DNA from: an uncultured delta proteobacterium
Lineage (GTDB): Bacteria; Desulfobacterota; Binatia; Binatales; Binataceae
Length of the DNA stretch: 64,000 nt
NCBI GenBank assembly: GCA_963842085.1
Contig: CAWJET010000001.1
Coordinates: forward strand, 2,560,001 to 2,624,000
Reading direction: 5' to 3'
Part shown: one piece after another, positions 9,381 to 18,118 of the stretch
Numbering within the stretch: the first letter of the stretch is position 1
Layout: each line of letters begins with the position of its first letter
Program-made: the position numbers and the translations under genes
Notes under the pieces: generated by a model
What the model was told of the DNA's origin: nothing
What the model saw: the letters and a program-made list of their open reading frames with translations, nothing else
The model's database searches: none

Positions 9381-10676
9381 TCAAGCGCCGTTCAGCAATC
9401 CCTCACAGCAGGCGATCACGGCCACAGCCGCACCCGGGGCGGCGAAGTTTCGCATGCGATTCGATGCGGCCATCCAGACCTCGCGGTCACGCAACACCGA
9501 CGTGATGTGCGCAGCGAGCTTTTCCGGCTCCCAGGCCTCTTCAGTCACCCAACGGGTTCCGGTCCGGGCGGAAAATGCGCGCGCGGTGTAAAGCTGGTGA
9601 TTGTGAGCCACGGAAGCCATCGGAACTATAAGTGCTGGAAGCCGAAGGACCGCAAGTTCGGCAAGCGTGTTCGCTCCCGCGCACGAGATCGCGAAGTCCG
9701 CCCATCGGTAGGCTTCAGCCATGTCCTCGATATAGCGCGCGGTGCGCGCCTTCACGCCGCAGGCAGCGTACTGGGCGACCACCCCCTCTGGCCCGTCAAG
9801 GCCGGCCCGATACCCGGTCTGATGCAGCACCTCCAGCGCCGGGACGCTTTGCTGAAGGAGTTCGAGCAGCCGAGGCACCCGCTCGTTGAGAAAAGCCGAG
9901 CCCAGCGAGCCGCCGGTGACCAGAATCCGCGCGGGACGACCGCCGCCCGGAGCGATGCGCACCTCGAGCGCCAGCTTTATGATCTCGCCGCGAATGGGCG
10001 TGCCGGTCACCACTGTGCGCTCAGGCGGAAACCACTTGCCTGCCTCCTCGAACGTGACGCAGATCCGGTGGACCAGCCGGCCGAGGACCCGGTTGGTGAG
10101 CCCCGGAACTGGATTGGACTCGTGAACCACCGTGCGCAGGCCCAGCGAGCGCGCTGCCAGCAGGGTACCCGCGCAGGCGTAACCGCCGAAGCCGATCGCA
10201 AGCTCGATCCGTTCGGCCCTCAAGATCGCCCGCGCGCGAACGAAGCCGGAGCCGAGATTCGCCAGAGCGCGCGCCTTTCCCGAGATTCGCTCACGCAGCA
10301 TCGGAGAGGCCGCGATCGGTGCGAACCGGTATCCGCTCCGGCTGGCGGCCTGCGACTCGAGACTGCATTCGCGTCCGAAGATCAGGATCTGCGCGCGATC
10401 GCTCGCCGCGGCGTAGTTCTCGGCGAGCGCAAGTCCCGGGTAGGTGTGGCCGGCAGTGCCACCGACCGTGATTGCGATACGCCGAGGGCGGGCGACTCCG
10501 GACGAAGCGTGGTTGCGGTCGGCTCCGTTCGACGCGTGGGACACGCCGTAGCGGTGCGGCGAGTTCTCTGCGAACGACACCGCGCCGGACTGCCGCGCAG
10601 TCAGGGCACCACGCTGATCCTGAACGGAAACGTTACTCACGAAAGAAGACCGCGCCACCACGCGATCCGCGCGCAC
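9381..10676 (-). CDS. MurG-like GT28 UDP-GlcNAc:lipid-PP-sugar transferase paralog (true start possibly GTG at 10544)
   Basis: GGTAGH, GFGGY, HESNPVPGLTNR, TGTPIR, GGSLGS, HQTG, AYRWADFAISCAGANTLAEL. It lies outside any dcw cluster. Confidence 0.88.
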   Translation of the reverse strand: MRADRVVARSSFVSNVSVQDQRGALTARQSGAVSFAENSPHRYGVSHASNGADRNHASSGVARPRRIAITVGGTAGHTYPGLALAENYAAASDRAQILIFGRECSLESQAASRSGYRFAPIAASPMLRERISGKARALANLGSGFVRARAILRAERIELAIGFGGYACAGTLLAARSLGLRTVVHESNPVPGLTNRVLGRLVHRICVTFEEAGKWFPPERTVVTGTPIRGEIIKLALEVRIAPGGGRPARILVTGGSLGSAFLNERVPRLLELLQQSVPALEVLHQTGYRAGLDGPEGVVAQYAACGVKARTARYIEDMAEAYRWADFAISCAGANTLAELAVLRLPALIVPMASVAHNHQLYTARAFSARTGTRWVTEEAWEPEKLAAHITSVLRDREVWMAASNRMRNFAAPGAAVAVIACCEGLLNGA

Positions 10677-10822
10677 TCATCGCCGCACCCCATCTCCAAA
10701 ATCTCTCCCCCTCGCCGCCCACAATCCAAATCGAATCAAGGTTTTCTTTAGCAATAGAAACATATTGGAGCAATGAAACGGATTAGTGTTTTTCCCCAGA
10801 AGTTTCGATAGTCGTTAGGTTT

Positions 10823-11749
10823 CTAGCGCAATCGGTGCGGGCTGTTCCCGGGACCATACAGATAGCCCATCAGCTCGCCGGCGGCATGGAAGTGCAGAAT
10901 CACGACGATTAGCGGAAAGCTCTTTAAGGCCTGCCACCGATAAGCCGGCTTGCGGACGACCATCCGTGCAGCGATCCGCAGGCTGTCTTTAGCGACTCGC
11001 AGAGGCATCAAGAGGGCGCGCAAAACGTGGTATATGCACTGTGCGCGACCTAACTTGGCTTGGGCAAAGCCGGCACTGGTGCGACCGTCGTGATAGTGGA
11101 TTAGACAATTACCTAGCGCACCAAGCGGCAGCACGTGGACGACCACGAGGCGATCGTCGCTAATCAGGATTCGGCCAGAACCACGCAGGTCCCTCGTGTA
11201 ATCGCTCTCTACGACACCGTGGGGAGGCAGATCCTCGGGCAACGCCCAGCGCTTATACGAAATGTTAGCCTGACCGGCGATGGTGGGGCGCTCTCCGTTT
11301 GGTATAGGGGGCAGAAAGGCACCGCCGGAGATGAAGAAACTCGCTCGATCCCACAGACTGTCGACGGCGCCATTGTCAACCACGCCACCTATCACGGCCG
11401 CCTGAGGATTCTCCCGATGCGCGCGCAGCACCTGCTCGCACCAATCTGGCGCCACCCGGCAATGGTCTTCAGTGACGGCAACAACCTCGCCGCGGGCTTC
11501 GGCGAGACCGATAGCGCGTAATTGAAACACGGTGTCGCCGGGCCGGCGCAGCCATCGAACGCCTGCGTAACCGTGATTCTCGCACAAGCCCTGGCCGTGT
11601 CCATCGACCACGACTAGCTCCGCTCCCAGAGCCCGCGTCTGGGCATATACCGAATCCAAGACACCGCGCATCTCCAGCCATGGCTGGCTGGTGGCTATGA
11701 CTACAGACAGAGGAGGAACACACTCGGCGAGCGACCTATCATCCTGCAA
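10823..11749 (-). CDS. Family 2 glycosyltransferase
   Basis: LSVVIAT...ELVVVDG...LRAIGLAEARGEVVAVTEDHCRVAPDW (GT-A fold, EDH variant of DxD), with a hydrophobic C-terminus. Confidence 0.8.
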   Translation of the reverse strand: MQDDRSLAECVPPLSVVIATSQPWLEMRGVLDSVYAQTRALGAELVVVDGHGQGLCENHGYAGVRWLRRPGDTVFQLRAIGLAEARGEVVAVTEDHCRVAPDWCEQVLRAHRENPQAAVIGGVVDNGAVDSLWDRASFFISGGAFLPPIPNGERPTIAGQANISYKRWALPEDLPPHGVVESDYTRDLRGSGRILISDDRLVVVHVLPLGALGNCLIHYHDGRTSAGFAQAKLGRAQCIYHVLRALLMPLRVAKDSLRIAARMVVRKPAYRWQALKSFPLIVVILHFHAAGELMGYLYGPGNSPHRLR

Positions 11750-11929
11750 AGACCGCTCCTCTCACGGTTCGATTATTTGTCGGGGCTTCCGTTTGAATCT
11801 CCGATTCCAACTGGCCGTATAGACCGAACGGCCTTCCTCTGCAAGGCGTGCAGCCGGGTTTTAGTCCACTCTGTTTCCAGCGGCACCGCATAGGGCCGGT
11901 TTCGCGGCAGGCGTGCAAACAACGCGCGG

Positions 11930-11958
11930 TTGACACAACCGCCTGCGGACTCTATCAA
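11930..11958 (+). promoter_or_regulatory. Candidate sigma70 promoter for the ALG1-ALG2-ABC operon
   Basis: TTGACA (11930-11935), 17 nt spacer, TATCAA (11953-11958), ending ~60 nt upstream of ATG 12018. Confidence 0.55.
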
Positions 11959-12017
11959 CGTACAGTCAGCGAAACAGGCGTAGTTTTTTTCCCGCCTGAA
12001 GTCGCCGCCCCATCCGT

Positions 12018-13256
12018 ATGCGAGTAGTGATTGTCGTCCTCGGGGATTTCGGCCAAAGTCCCCGCATGCAGTATCACGCTCTGGCGTTAGCCGATTCGGG
12101 CAGAGATGTAGAGGTTATTGCATATACCGGCTCTGCGCCGTTTCGGGCGGTCAGTGAAAATCCGCGGATCACGATTCATCTGACGTACGCTCCGATCGCT
12201 GCCACGCGCCATTTGCCGGGGTTACTGTTCGTGGCCTGGCAATTCATGCGGCTCTGCGGTCAGGGTCTGGGCCTGCTGTGGAACCTTCTGCTGACCGTCG
12301 GCAAGCCTGACGTAGTACTGGTGCAGAATCCCCCAGCCGTCCCAACCTTGCTGATCGCGCTGGTCGCCGCGCGCCTTCGATCGGCGCGGCTCGTAATCGA
12401 CTGGCATAACTTCAGCCATGCGATGCTCGCGCTCAGGCTGGGATCGGATCACTATGCGGTGCGAATGTTGCGATGGCACGAGCGCGCGGTCGGGCGCCGC
12501 GCCGACGCGCATCTGTGCGTCTCGCGCGCGATGCAGTCCGAGCTTCGCGCGCACTGGCAGATTCCCGGCGCTGTCGTCCTGTACGATCGTCCCGCTGAAA
12601 TGTTCACGCCGACGCCGCCGGAGGCGCAGCCCGCGGTGCTCCGCCGCGTCCTGGCGGGCGTCGCTTCCGCCCAGGACGACGGCCGGCGGCCCGCGATTGT
12701 CGTATGCCCTACGAGCTGGACTTCGGATGAAGACATTTCGATTCTGATTCGGGCCGCGGCGCGCTGCGATGAAATGGTCCGAACCGGCAAGAGCTTCGCT
12801 GAACTGCTGATTCTTATCACCGGCCGTGGCGCGCTGCGCGATCAACACGAGGAGGAGATCCGGAAGTTGACGCTGCGAAGAATCCATCTGCACACGCTGT
12901 GGCTTGCGGCCGAAGATTACGCGCTATTGCTGGGCTGCGCCGACCTCGGCGTCTCGTGTCACAGGTCGGCCTCGGGAATCGACCTGCCGATGAAGATCGC
13001 GGATCTGTTCGGCGCGGGAGTGCCGGTCTGCGCGCTGGACTACGGTCCCGTTCTCGCCGAACAGGTGCGCCACGGCGCCAATGGCCTCCTGTTCGCCGAC
13101 GCCGAACAGCTAGCCACGCAGCTCTACGAATTGTTCGAGGGCTTTCCCGTCCATACGCCGCTGCTGGATCGCCTGCGTGACCAGGTCCGCGGCCAGCCCC
13201 GGATTTCCTGGCGCGACGGATGGAATACCGAGGCAGCTCATGTCTTTGCGGATTGA
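12018..13256 (+). CDS. ALG1-like chitobiosyl-PP-lipid beta-1,4-mannosyltransferase (GT33)
   Basis: VVLGDFGQSPRMQYHALALA, QNPPAVPT, IDWHNF, TSWTSDED, ITGRG, WLAAEDYALLLGCADLGV, SASGIDLPMKIADLFG. These correspond to eukaryotic ALG1 signature blocks. Confidence 0.9.
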   Translation: MRVVIVVLGDFGQSPRMQYHALALADSGRDVEVIAYTGSAPFRAVSENPRITIHLTYAPIAATRHLPGLLFVAWQFMRLCGQGLGLLWNLLLTVGKPDVVLVQNPPAVPTLLIALVAARLRSARLVIDWHNFSHAMLALRLGSDHYAVRMLRWHERAVGRRADAHLCVSRAMQSELRAHWQIPGAVVLYDRPAEMFTPTPPEAQPAVLRRVLAGVASAQDDGRRPAIVVCPTSWTSDEDISILIRAAARCDEMVRTGKSFAELLILITGRGALRDQHEEEIRKLTLRRIHLHTLWLAAEDYALLLGCADLGVSCHRSASGIDLPMKIADLFGAGVPVCALDYGPVLAEQVRHGANGLLFADAEQLATQLYELFEGFPVHTPLLDRLRDQVRGQPRISWRDGWNTEAAHVFAD

Positions 13257-13274
13257 CCGTCGCGACGGACCGTC

Positions 13275-14489
13275 ATGAGACAATCGCTGCGGATCGGTTT
13301 CGTCCATCCCCAGCTAGGCGTCGGAGGTGCCGAACGCCTGGTGCTCGACGCCGCAAGCTGTCTTCAGCAGGCTGGCCATCGCGTTACGATTTTCACCTCG
13401 CGTCACAATCGCGACCATAGTCTTGACGACGCGCGTCACGGCGCGGTCGAGGTCCGCACTTACGGGGACTTCCTGCCGCTTGACATCGCCGACCGCATGC
13501 TGGCGCCATTTAATGTTGGCCGGACCTGCTACGCCGCTTTCCGCCTGGCGATGAGCCGCGAGCACTTCGACGTGATCTTCACCGACCTGGTGTCACAATC
13601 GATTCCGATACTGCGGCTGATGACGCGGGCCAAAATCATCTTCTACTGTCATTTCCCCGACCGGTTGCTCGCTCCGCAACGCGGCGGTCTCTACCGCTGG
13701 TACCGCATCCCCATCGACTGGTCGGAACGAGTCGCCATCGGCATGGCGCATCTAGTGATCGCCAACAGCAGATTCACGGCCTCGATAATCGGTCGCACTT
13801 TCCCGCGGCTCGGCCCGCCACAGCTGCTCTATCCCGGGGTTGACGTCGCGAGCTTCGCGAGCAACGGCCGAATCGCTCACGACGACTCGATCATGCTGCT
13901 TGCGATCAACCGCTACGATCGCCGCAAGAACACCGGCCTCGCGATCGAGGCGCTGGCCGGGCTCGAGGCGCGGCTGCCGACCGAAATCTTCCGCCGCGTG
14001 CAACTGGTGATTGCCGGCGGCTTCGACGACCGCAGCCGCCAGAACCACGAAGTCCTGCGCGAGCTGCAAGTGCTGGCAAACCGGCCTGCTCTGACCGGCA
14101 AAGTGGTCTTTCTGCGCTCGCCCGACGACCGGCAGATTCAAGAGCTTCTTTCGCGCTGTCGATGCGTGGTTTATACCTCGGAGTATGAGCATTTCGGCTA
14201 CGTACCGTTGGAGGCTATGGCCGCCGCGCGGCCGGTGATATCGGTGAACACCGGCGGTCCGGCGGAGACGATTGTGGATGGCACCACCGGCCTGCTCTGC
14301 TCGGCCAGGCCGGCGGCTTTTGCCGACGCTCTCGCCGGCTTGGTGGCGGACCCCGACGGTGGCGATCGACTGGGCCGGGCCGGCCGGGCGCACGTGGCCG
14401 CAAAATTCTCGAAAGCGGTCTTCGGCGCGCAACTCGAACAGATCGTCGAGGAAGCGGTTGGCAACTCCCGTAATTCAGGACTTGAATAG
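13275..14489 (+). CDS. ALG2-like alpha-1,3/1,6-mannosyltransferase (GT4)
   Basis: FVHPQLGVGGAERLVLDAA, FYCHFPDRLL, YRIPIDWSE, INRYDRRKN, IAGGFDDR, EHFGYVPLEAM, VNTGGPAET. These correspond to eukaryotic ALG2 signature blocks. Confidence 0.9.
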   Translation: MRQSLRIGFVHPQLGVGGAERLVLDAASCLQQAGHRVTIFTSRHNRDHSLDDARHGAVEVRTYGDFLPLDIADRMLAPFNVGRTCYAAFRLAMSREHFDVIFTDLVSQSIPILRLMTRAKIIFYCHFPDRLLAPQRGGLYRWYRIPIDWSERVAIGMAHLVIANSRFTASIIGRTFPRLGPPQLLYPGVDVASFASNGRIAHDDSIMLLAINRYDRRKNTGLAIEALAGLEARLPTEIFRRVQLVIAGGFDDRSRQNHEVLRELQVLANRPALTGKVVFLRSPDDRQIQELLSRCRCVVYTSEYEHFGYVPLEAMAAARPVISVNTGGPAETIVDGTTGLLCSARPAAFADALAGLVADPDGGDRLGRAGRAHVAAKFSKAVFGAQLEQIVEEAVGNSRNSGLE

Positions 14490-16335
14490 CCGCGCATCAC
14501 ACGGTCGGAGCTCCCGCTTCCCAGCCATCCGAGTTTTGGCCAGCTGCTTCGCGATGCTTCCCGGCGCAATCCGATGGCGCTGGGCGATACTCGCGCCGAT
14601 TGCATTCCTGCGCGGCACGCTCGAGGCCATAGCGGCCGGGGCGGTGTTCGCGCTGATCAAGATCATCAGCGATCCGCCCGCGATCGCTCACCTGCCAGTC
14701 GTCTCAAGGGTCGCATCGATGCTGCCCTGGCGCGGCGCCCCGGCCCAGATCGTCGCGCTGACCGGACTGGTCGCGCTTTTTTACCTGTTCAAGAACCTGT
14801 TTGCCCTCGGCATGGAATACTTCACCCACAAGGTCGTGGGTGAATCGGTGTTGGCGCTCAAAAGTACGATGATGAGGGGCTATCTCGCGATGCCCTACCC
14901 GTTTTATCTGCGCCGCAACTCCGCGGATCTGATCTGGAACGTCGACGCCGCGGTGAACCGGGTCTGCGAAGAAGGAATGTTGCCGGCGGTCGCCGTGGTG
15001 TCGGAAGTTCTGGCCGCTGCGAGCATCGCCGCGGTGCTGGTGTACACCGCGCCAAAGATTACCCTGATCGCCGGATGCCTGCTGGGCGGCGGACTCGCCT
15101 TGCTGCTGCGACTCACGCGCGCGATGGCGCATCGCTATGGATCCGAGAGGGACCGGCTGTCACGCGGCATTCTGCGCGATCTCCAGCAAGCCTTCGGCGG
15201 AGTCAAGGAGATCAAGGTGCTCGGCCGCGAACAGTTTTTTGTCGGGGCGCTCGAGCAGAAACTGCGCGGCATCCTCAAACTCGGATACCTCGCCAAAACC
15301 CTCGAGACCAGCGCGCCGTTGTTCACTGAGACCCTGTTCGTGGGCGGGGCGCTGGTCGTGATCGCGCTGCTGAGCGCAAGGGGCGCGGTCCGCAGCGAAG
15401 GGCTGCCGCTGCTGGCGCTGTTCTCCTATGCCGCGTTCCGGATCGTTCCGTCCGTCAACCGGATCGGGTGGCGGATCAATCAGATCCGCGGCGTGGCGGT
15501 ATCGGCCAGCAATCTCTACGACGACTATCTGCTCATAGCCGGTGTCGAGCGCGGCAACGCCGACGTTGATGACGGTCATGCAGTGATGCTCCACAGCGCA
15601 ATCGAATTCGAGCGCGTTTCGTTTACGTACCCGGAGGCCGGGCAATCGGCGCTGCATGAGATCTCGCTTACGATTCGCCGCGGCGAATCAATCGGCGTCG
15701 TGGGACCTACTGGCGCGGGCAAGAGCACGTTCGCCGACCTCCTGGTGGGATTGCTCACTCCCTCCTCGGGCCTCGTTCTGATCGACGGCCGAGACCTGTC
15801 TGATCGGCGGTTGGCCTGGAAGCATCGGATCGGCTACGTGCCGCAATCAATCTTTCTCCTCGACGACAGCCTGACCCGCAACATTGCGTTTGGCTTTGCC
15901 GACGCCGAGATCAAGCTTGACCGCGTGCGCGCCGTGGTCCGAATGGTGCAACTCGATCAGTTGGTCGCCACGCTGCCGGCGGGCCTCGACACCGTGGTCG
16001 GTGAGCGCGGCGTTCGCTTCTCCGGCGGCGAACGGCAACGCGTCGGGATCGCCCGCGCGCTCTATCACGATCCCGACCTGCTGGTATTCGATGAGGCCAC
16101 CTCCGCCCTCGACCAGGCCACCGAGGCCGACGTGACGAACGCGATTGAGACGCTGCAAGGCCGCAAGACAATGCTGGTCATCGCCCATCGCCTGGCTACG
16201 GTAAAGCATTGCGATCGGCTGGTCTTCATCGCCGACGGACGGATCCGCGCGTGCGGCAGCTACGATGAATTGATGCGCGACGTCGACGAATTCCGCCGAA
16301 TGGCGGCGGCAGGCGAAACGCGCTCGGCAGGCTGA
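14482..16335 (+). CDS. ABC exporter (fused TMD+NBD), PglK/WlaB-like lipid-linked-oligosaccharide flippase; start uncertain (14482 or 14554)
   Basis: TM half with YLAMPYPFYLRRNSADL, Walker A GPTGAGKST, FSGGERQRVGIARALYHDP, VFDEATSALD and IAHRL. It lies inside a GT operon. Confidence 0.85.
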   Translation: MNSRASHGRSSRFPAIRVLASCFAMLPGAIRWRWAILAPIAFLRGTLEAIAAGAVFALIKIISDPPAIAHLPVVSRVASMLPWRGAPAQIVALTGLVALFYLFKNLFALGMEYFTHKVVGESVLALKSTMMRGYLAMPYPFYLRRNSADLIWNVDAAVNRVCEEGMLPAVAVVSEVLAAASIAAVLVYTAPKITLIAGCLLGGGLALLLRLTRAMAHRYGSERDRLSRGILRDLQQAFGGVKEIKVLGREQFFVGALEQKLRGILKLGYLAKTLETSAPLFTETLFVGGALVVIALLSARGAVRSEGLPLLALFSYAAFRIVPSVNRIGWRINQIRGVAVSASNLYDDYLLIAGVERGNADVDDGHAVMLHSAIEFERVSFTYPEAGQSALHEISLTIRRGESIGVVGPTGAGKSTFADLLVGLLTPSSGLVLIDGRDLSDRRLAWKHRIGYVPQSIFLLDDSLTRNIAFGFADAEIKLDRVRAVVRMVQLDQLVATLPAGLDTVVGERGVRFSGGERQRVGIARALYHDPDLLVFDEATSALDQATEADVTNAIETLQGRKTMLVIAHRLATVKHCDRLVFIADGRIRACGSYDELMRDVDEFRRMAAAGETRSAG

Positions 16336-16347
16336 GCAAGCGAAGCG

Positions 16348-17192
16348 ATGGATTTTGGATCTTCGTTAAGTTGGCGCCGTTACTCGCGCGGACTCGGTTC
16401 GAACGCGAAGACCTGGCCCGCTGGCCCGACGCATTCGCTGAGCGCCAGCGTTGTCCCAGCCGAGGTTGGCTCCCACGTCGATACATACGCCGCCACTGAG
16501 ATCCAACAAGCGGAACAGCGCGAGCAACTCGGGCTCCCAGGTTCGGATCAGGAATAGGGTGCTACCGATCGCGACGTCGCGCAAGTCAATCCGGAGGCGA
16601 AAATGATCGGCGGCGATAACCGCCCGCGGGTAAATACGCCGGCGGAAAGGGGTGATCCAATGTCGCCGAGCGATCGGCGCTGGGAGAGCGAAAAGAGACC
16701 ACCTGGCTGTGGCTTAATTCACACAACTGGGGAGACAACCGGATCGTGTCGGAACGCAAAGCTGGCGAACAATATGAGTCAGTAGCAGTCAAAGTGGGCG
16801 ACGAGATCCTGTCGGCGCTGCCGGCCGGCGCGATCAAGCTGGTGAAGGTCGACGCGCAGGGCTACGACCTGTTCGTGGTGAAAGGTTTACGCGACTCGCT
16901 GATGCGCAGTCCCGACGCGGTCCTGGCCGTGGAAGTCGCGCCAGGGCACTTACGTGAAGCGGGCACCTGCCCGGGCGCGTTCGTCGCATACCTGGTCGAG
17001 CAGGGTTTCCGCGGCTGGGAGCTACACCCTCATCGCGCATTTCCGGTCCTTGCACCCCAAGACTACGAACTCAGCGACGACGGCGGGGAAACGAACCTGG
17101 TGTTGTCTCGCCGGCCAGAAGCGCTCGCCCGCGCGATTGGCAGGATGTTTCCCGGCTTGACCGGATCTTCAGCTCCGCGCATCGAGCGCTAG
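16348..17192 (+). pseudogene. FkbM-family methyltransferase disrupted by an internal inversion/deletion
   Basis: The C-half on + reads LWLNSHNWGDNRIV..IKLVKVDAQGYDLFVVKG. The N-half on - (~16380-16705) reads WEPE..CIDVGANLGW then, after a 1-nt shift, TTLALSECVGPAGQVFAFEP. Confidence 0.8.
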
Positions 17193-18118
17193 CCCCGCTC
17201 TGCGGCCTTCGGCGCAATGCGGTTTGGCTCCGGCCTTGACAGTCGCTGCCTGGCCAGGCCGAGGTACAGTTTCGCCAACAGCCGCATTCGCTGCGCGAAG
17301 GGAACAATCGGGACATCGCCCAGGATCTCATCCCGCAAGTCCCACCAATCCGCCCAAAGATCATGGAATATGGGATGGGCCGTCGGGAGCAAACGGTAAG
17401 CGTCCTCGGGCCGCCAAAACCAGGGCTTACCCAGGTGGCTGAAGTGAACCAGCATCGCCATCCGCCGAGCGCGCTCGGCATCTCCGAAGTAAAACGGACC
17501 GGTGGCGGAGCACCACTCCGAATTCAAACAGCCATACTCGTCGGCGAGGAAATGAATCTCATCGTCGAACTCCAGATTGATGATATTCATGTCATACAGG
17601 CGCTTCTCAAAGGCGGAAGCGAAGTGCCGTTGAACCCGATCCCAATTGCCCATTGATGGGGTTACGACCAGCAACAGGCTGGTCGCCTTAAACTGTCGCG
17701 TCCAGTAGGCGCGCGGAGCCGCGATGGTCTGCGCAAAAGGCAAGGTGAAAAGATGGTCGAGATTCTGGAGCGGAAGTGAGTCCGAGTCGATGAAGACCAC
17801 CCGCTCGTACTCCACGAGCTGAAAAATCCGCAGCTTGGTAAGACAATCGCGGTAGTACTTGCCGCGGGTGAACCGCAGCGGTTCCACCTCTCTTAGAATG
17901 AAGTTCGCGTGGCGGGCCCTGGTTACCATGGCCGGCGACACGCCGTGGTAGATGAAGACGAACCCGATATCGCGGCCGGCGCCAGTTCTGCGCAGCGCCG
18001 TCGCGGCAATGATCGCGCCTGCGGCGTACGCGTCGTCGGTCGCATAAAAGACGTATGCAAACCGGTTCACGGCCGCTCGTGATCCGCCTAATTCCTCACT
18101 CGTGCTCAAGGTCTGCAC
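17189..18118 (-). CDS. Family 8 glycosyltransferase (glycogenin-like, resembling fungal GNT1)
   Basis: FAYVFYATDDAY, TKLRIFQLVEYERVVFIDSD, NLDHLF, AAPRAYW, YDMNIIN, VHFSHLGKPW. Confidence 0.85.
   Translation of the reverse strand: MQTLSTSEELGGSRAAVNRFAYVFYATDDAYAAGAIIAATALRRTGAGRDIGFVFIYHGVSPAMVTRARHANFILREVEPLRFTRGKYYRDCLTKLRIFQLVEYERVVFIDSDSLPLQNLDHLFTLPFAQTIAAPRAYWTRQFKATSLLLVVTPSMGNWDRVQRHFASAFEKRLYDMNIINLEFDDEIHFLADEYGCLNSEWCSATGPFYFGDAERARRMAMLVHFSHLGKPWFWRPEDAYRLLPTAHPIFHDLWADWWDLRDEILGDVPIVPFAQRMRLLAKLYLGLARQRLSRPEPNRIAPKAAERG

Noticed and set aside
9282-10751. Long antisense or alternate-frame ORFs (e.g. 9282..10751, 48619..49965, 55627..56889, 58848..60137, 61779..62993)
   Set aside because: These are shadow ORFs expected in GC-rich DNA, overlapping well-supported genes and lacking motifs.
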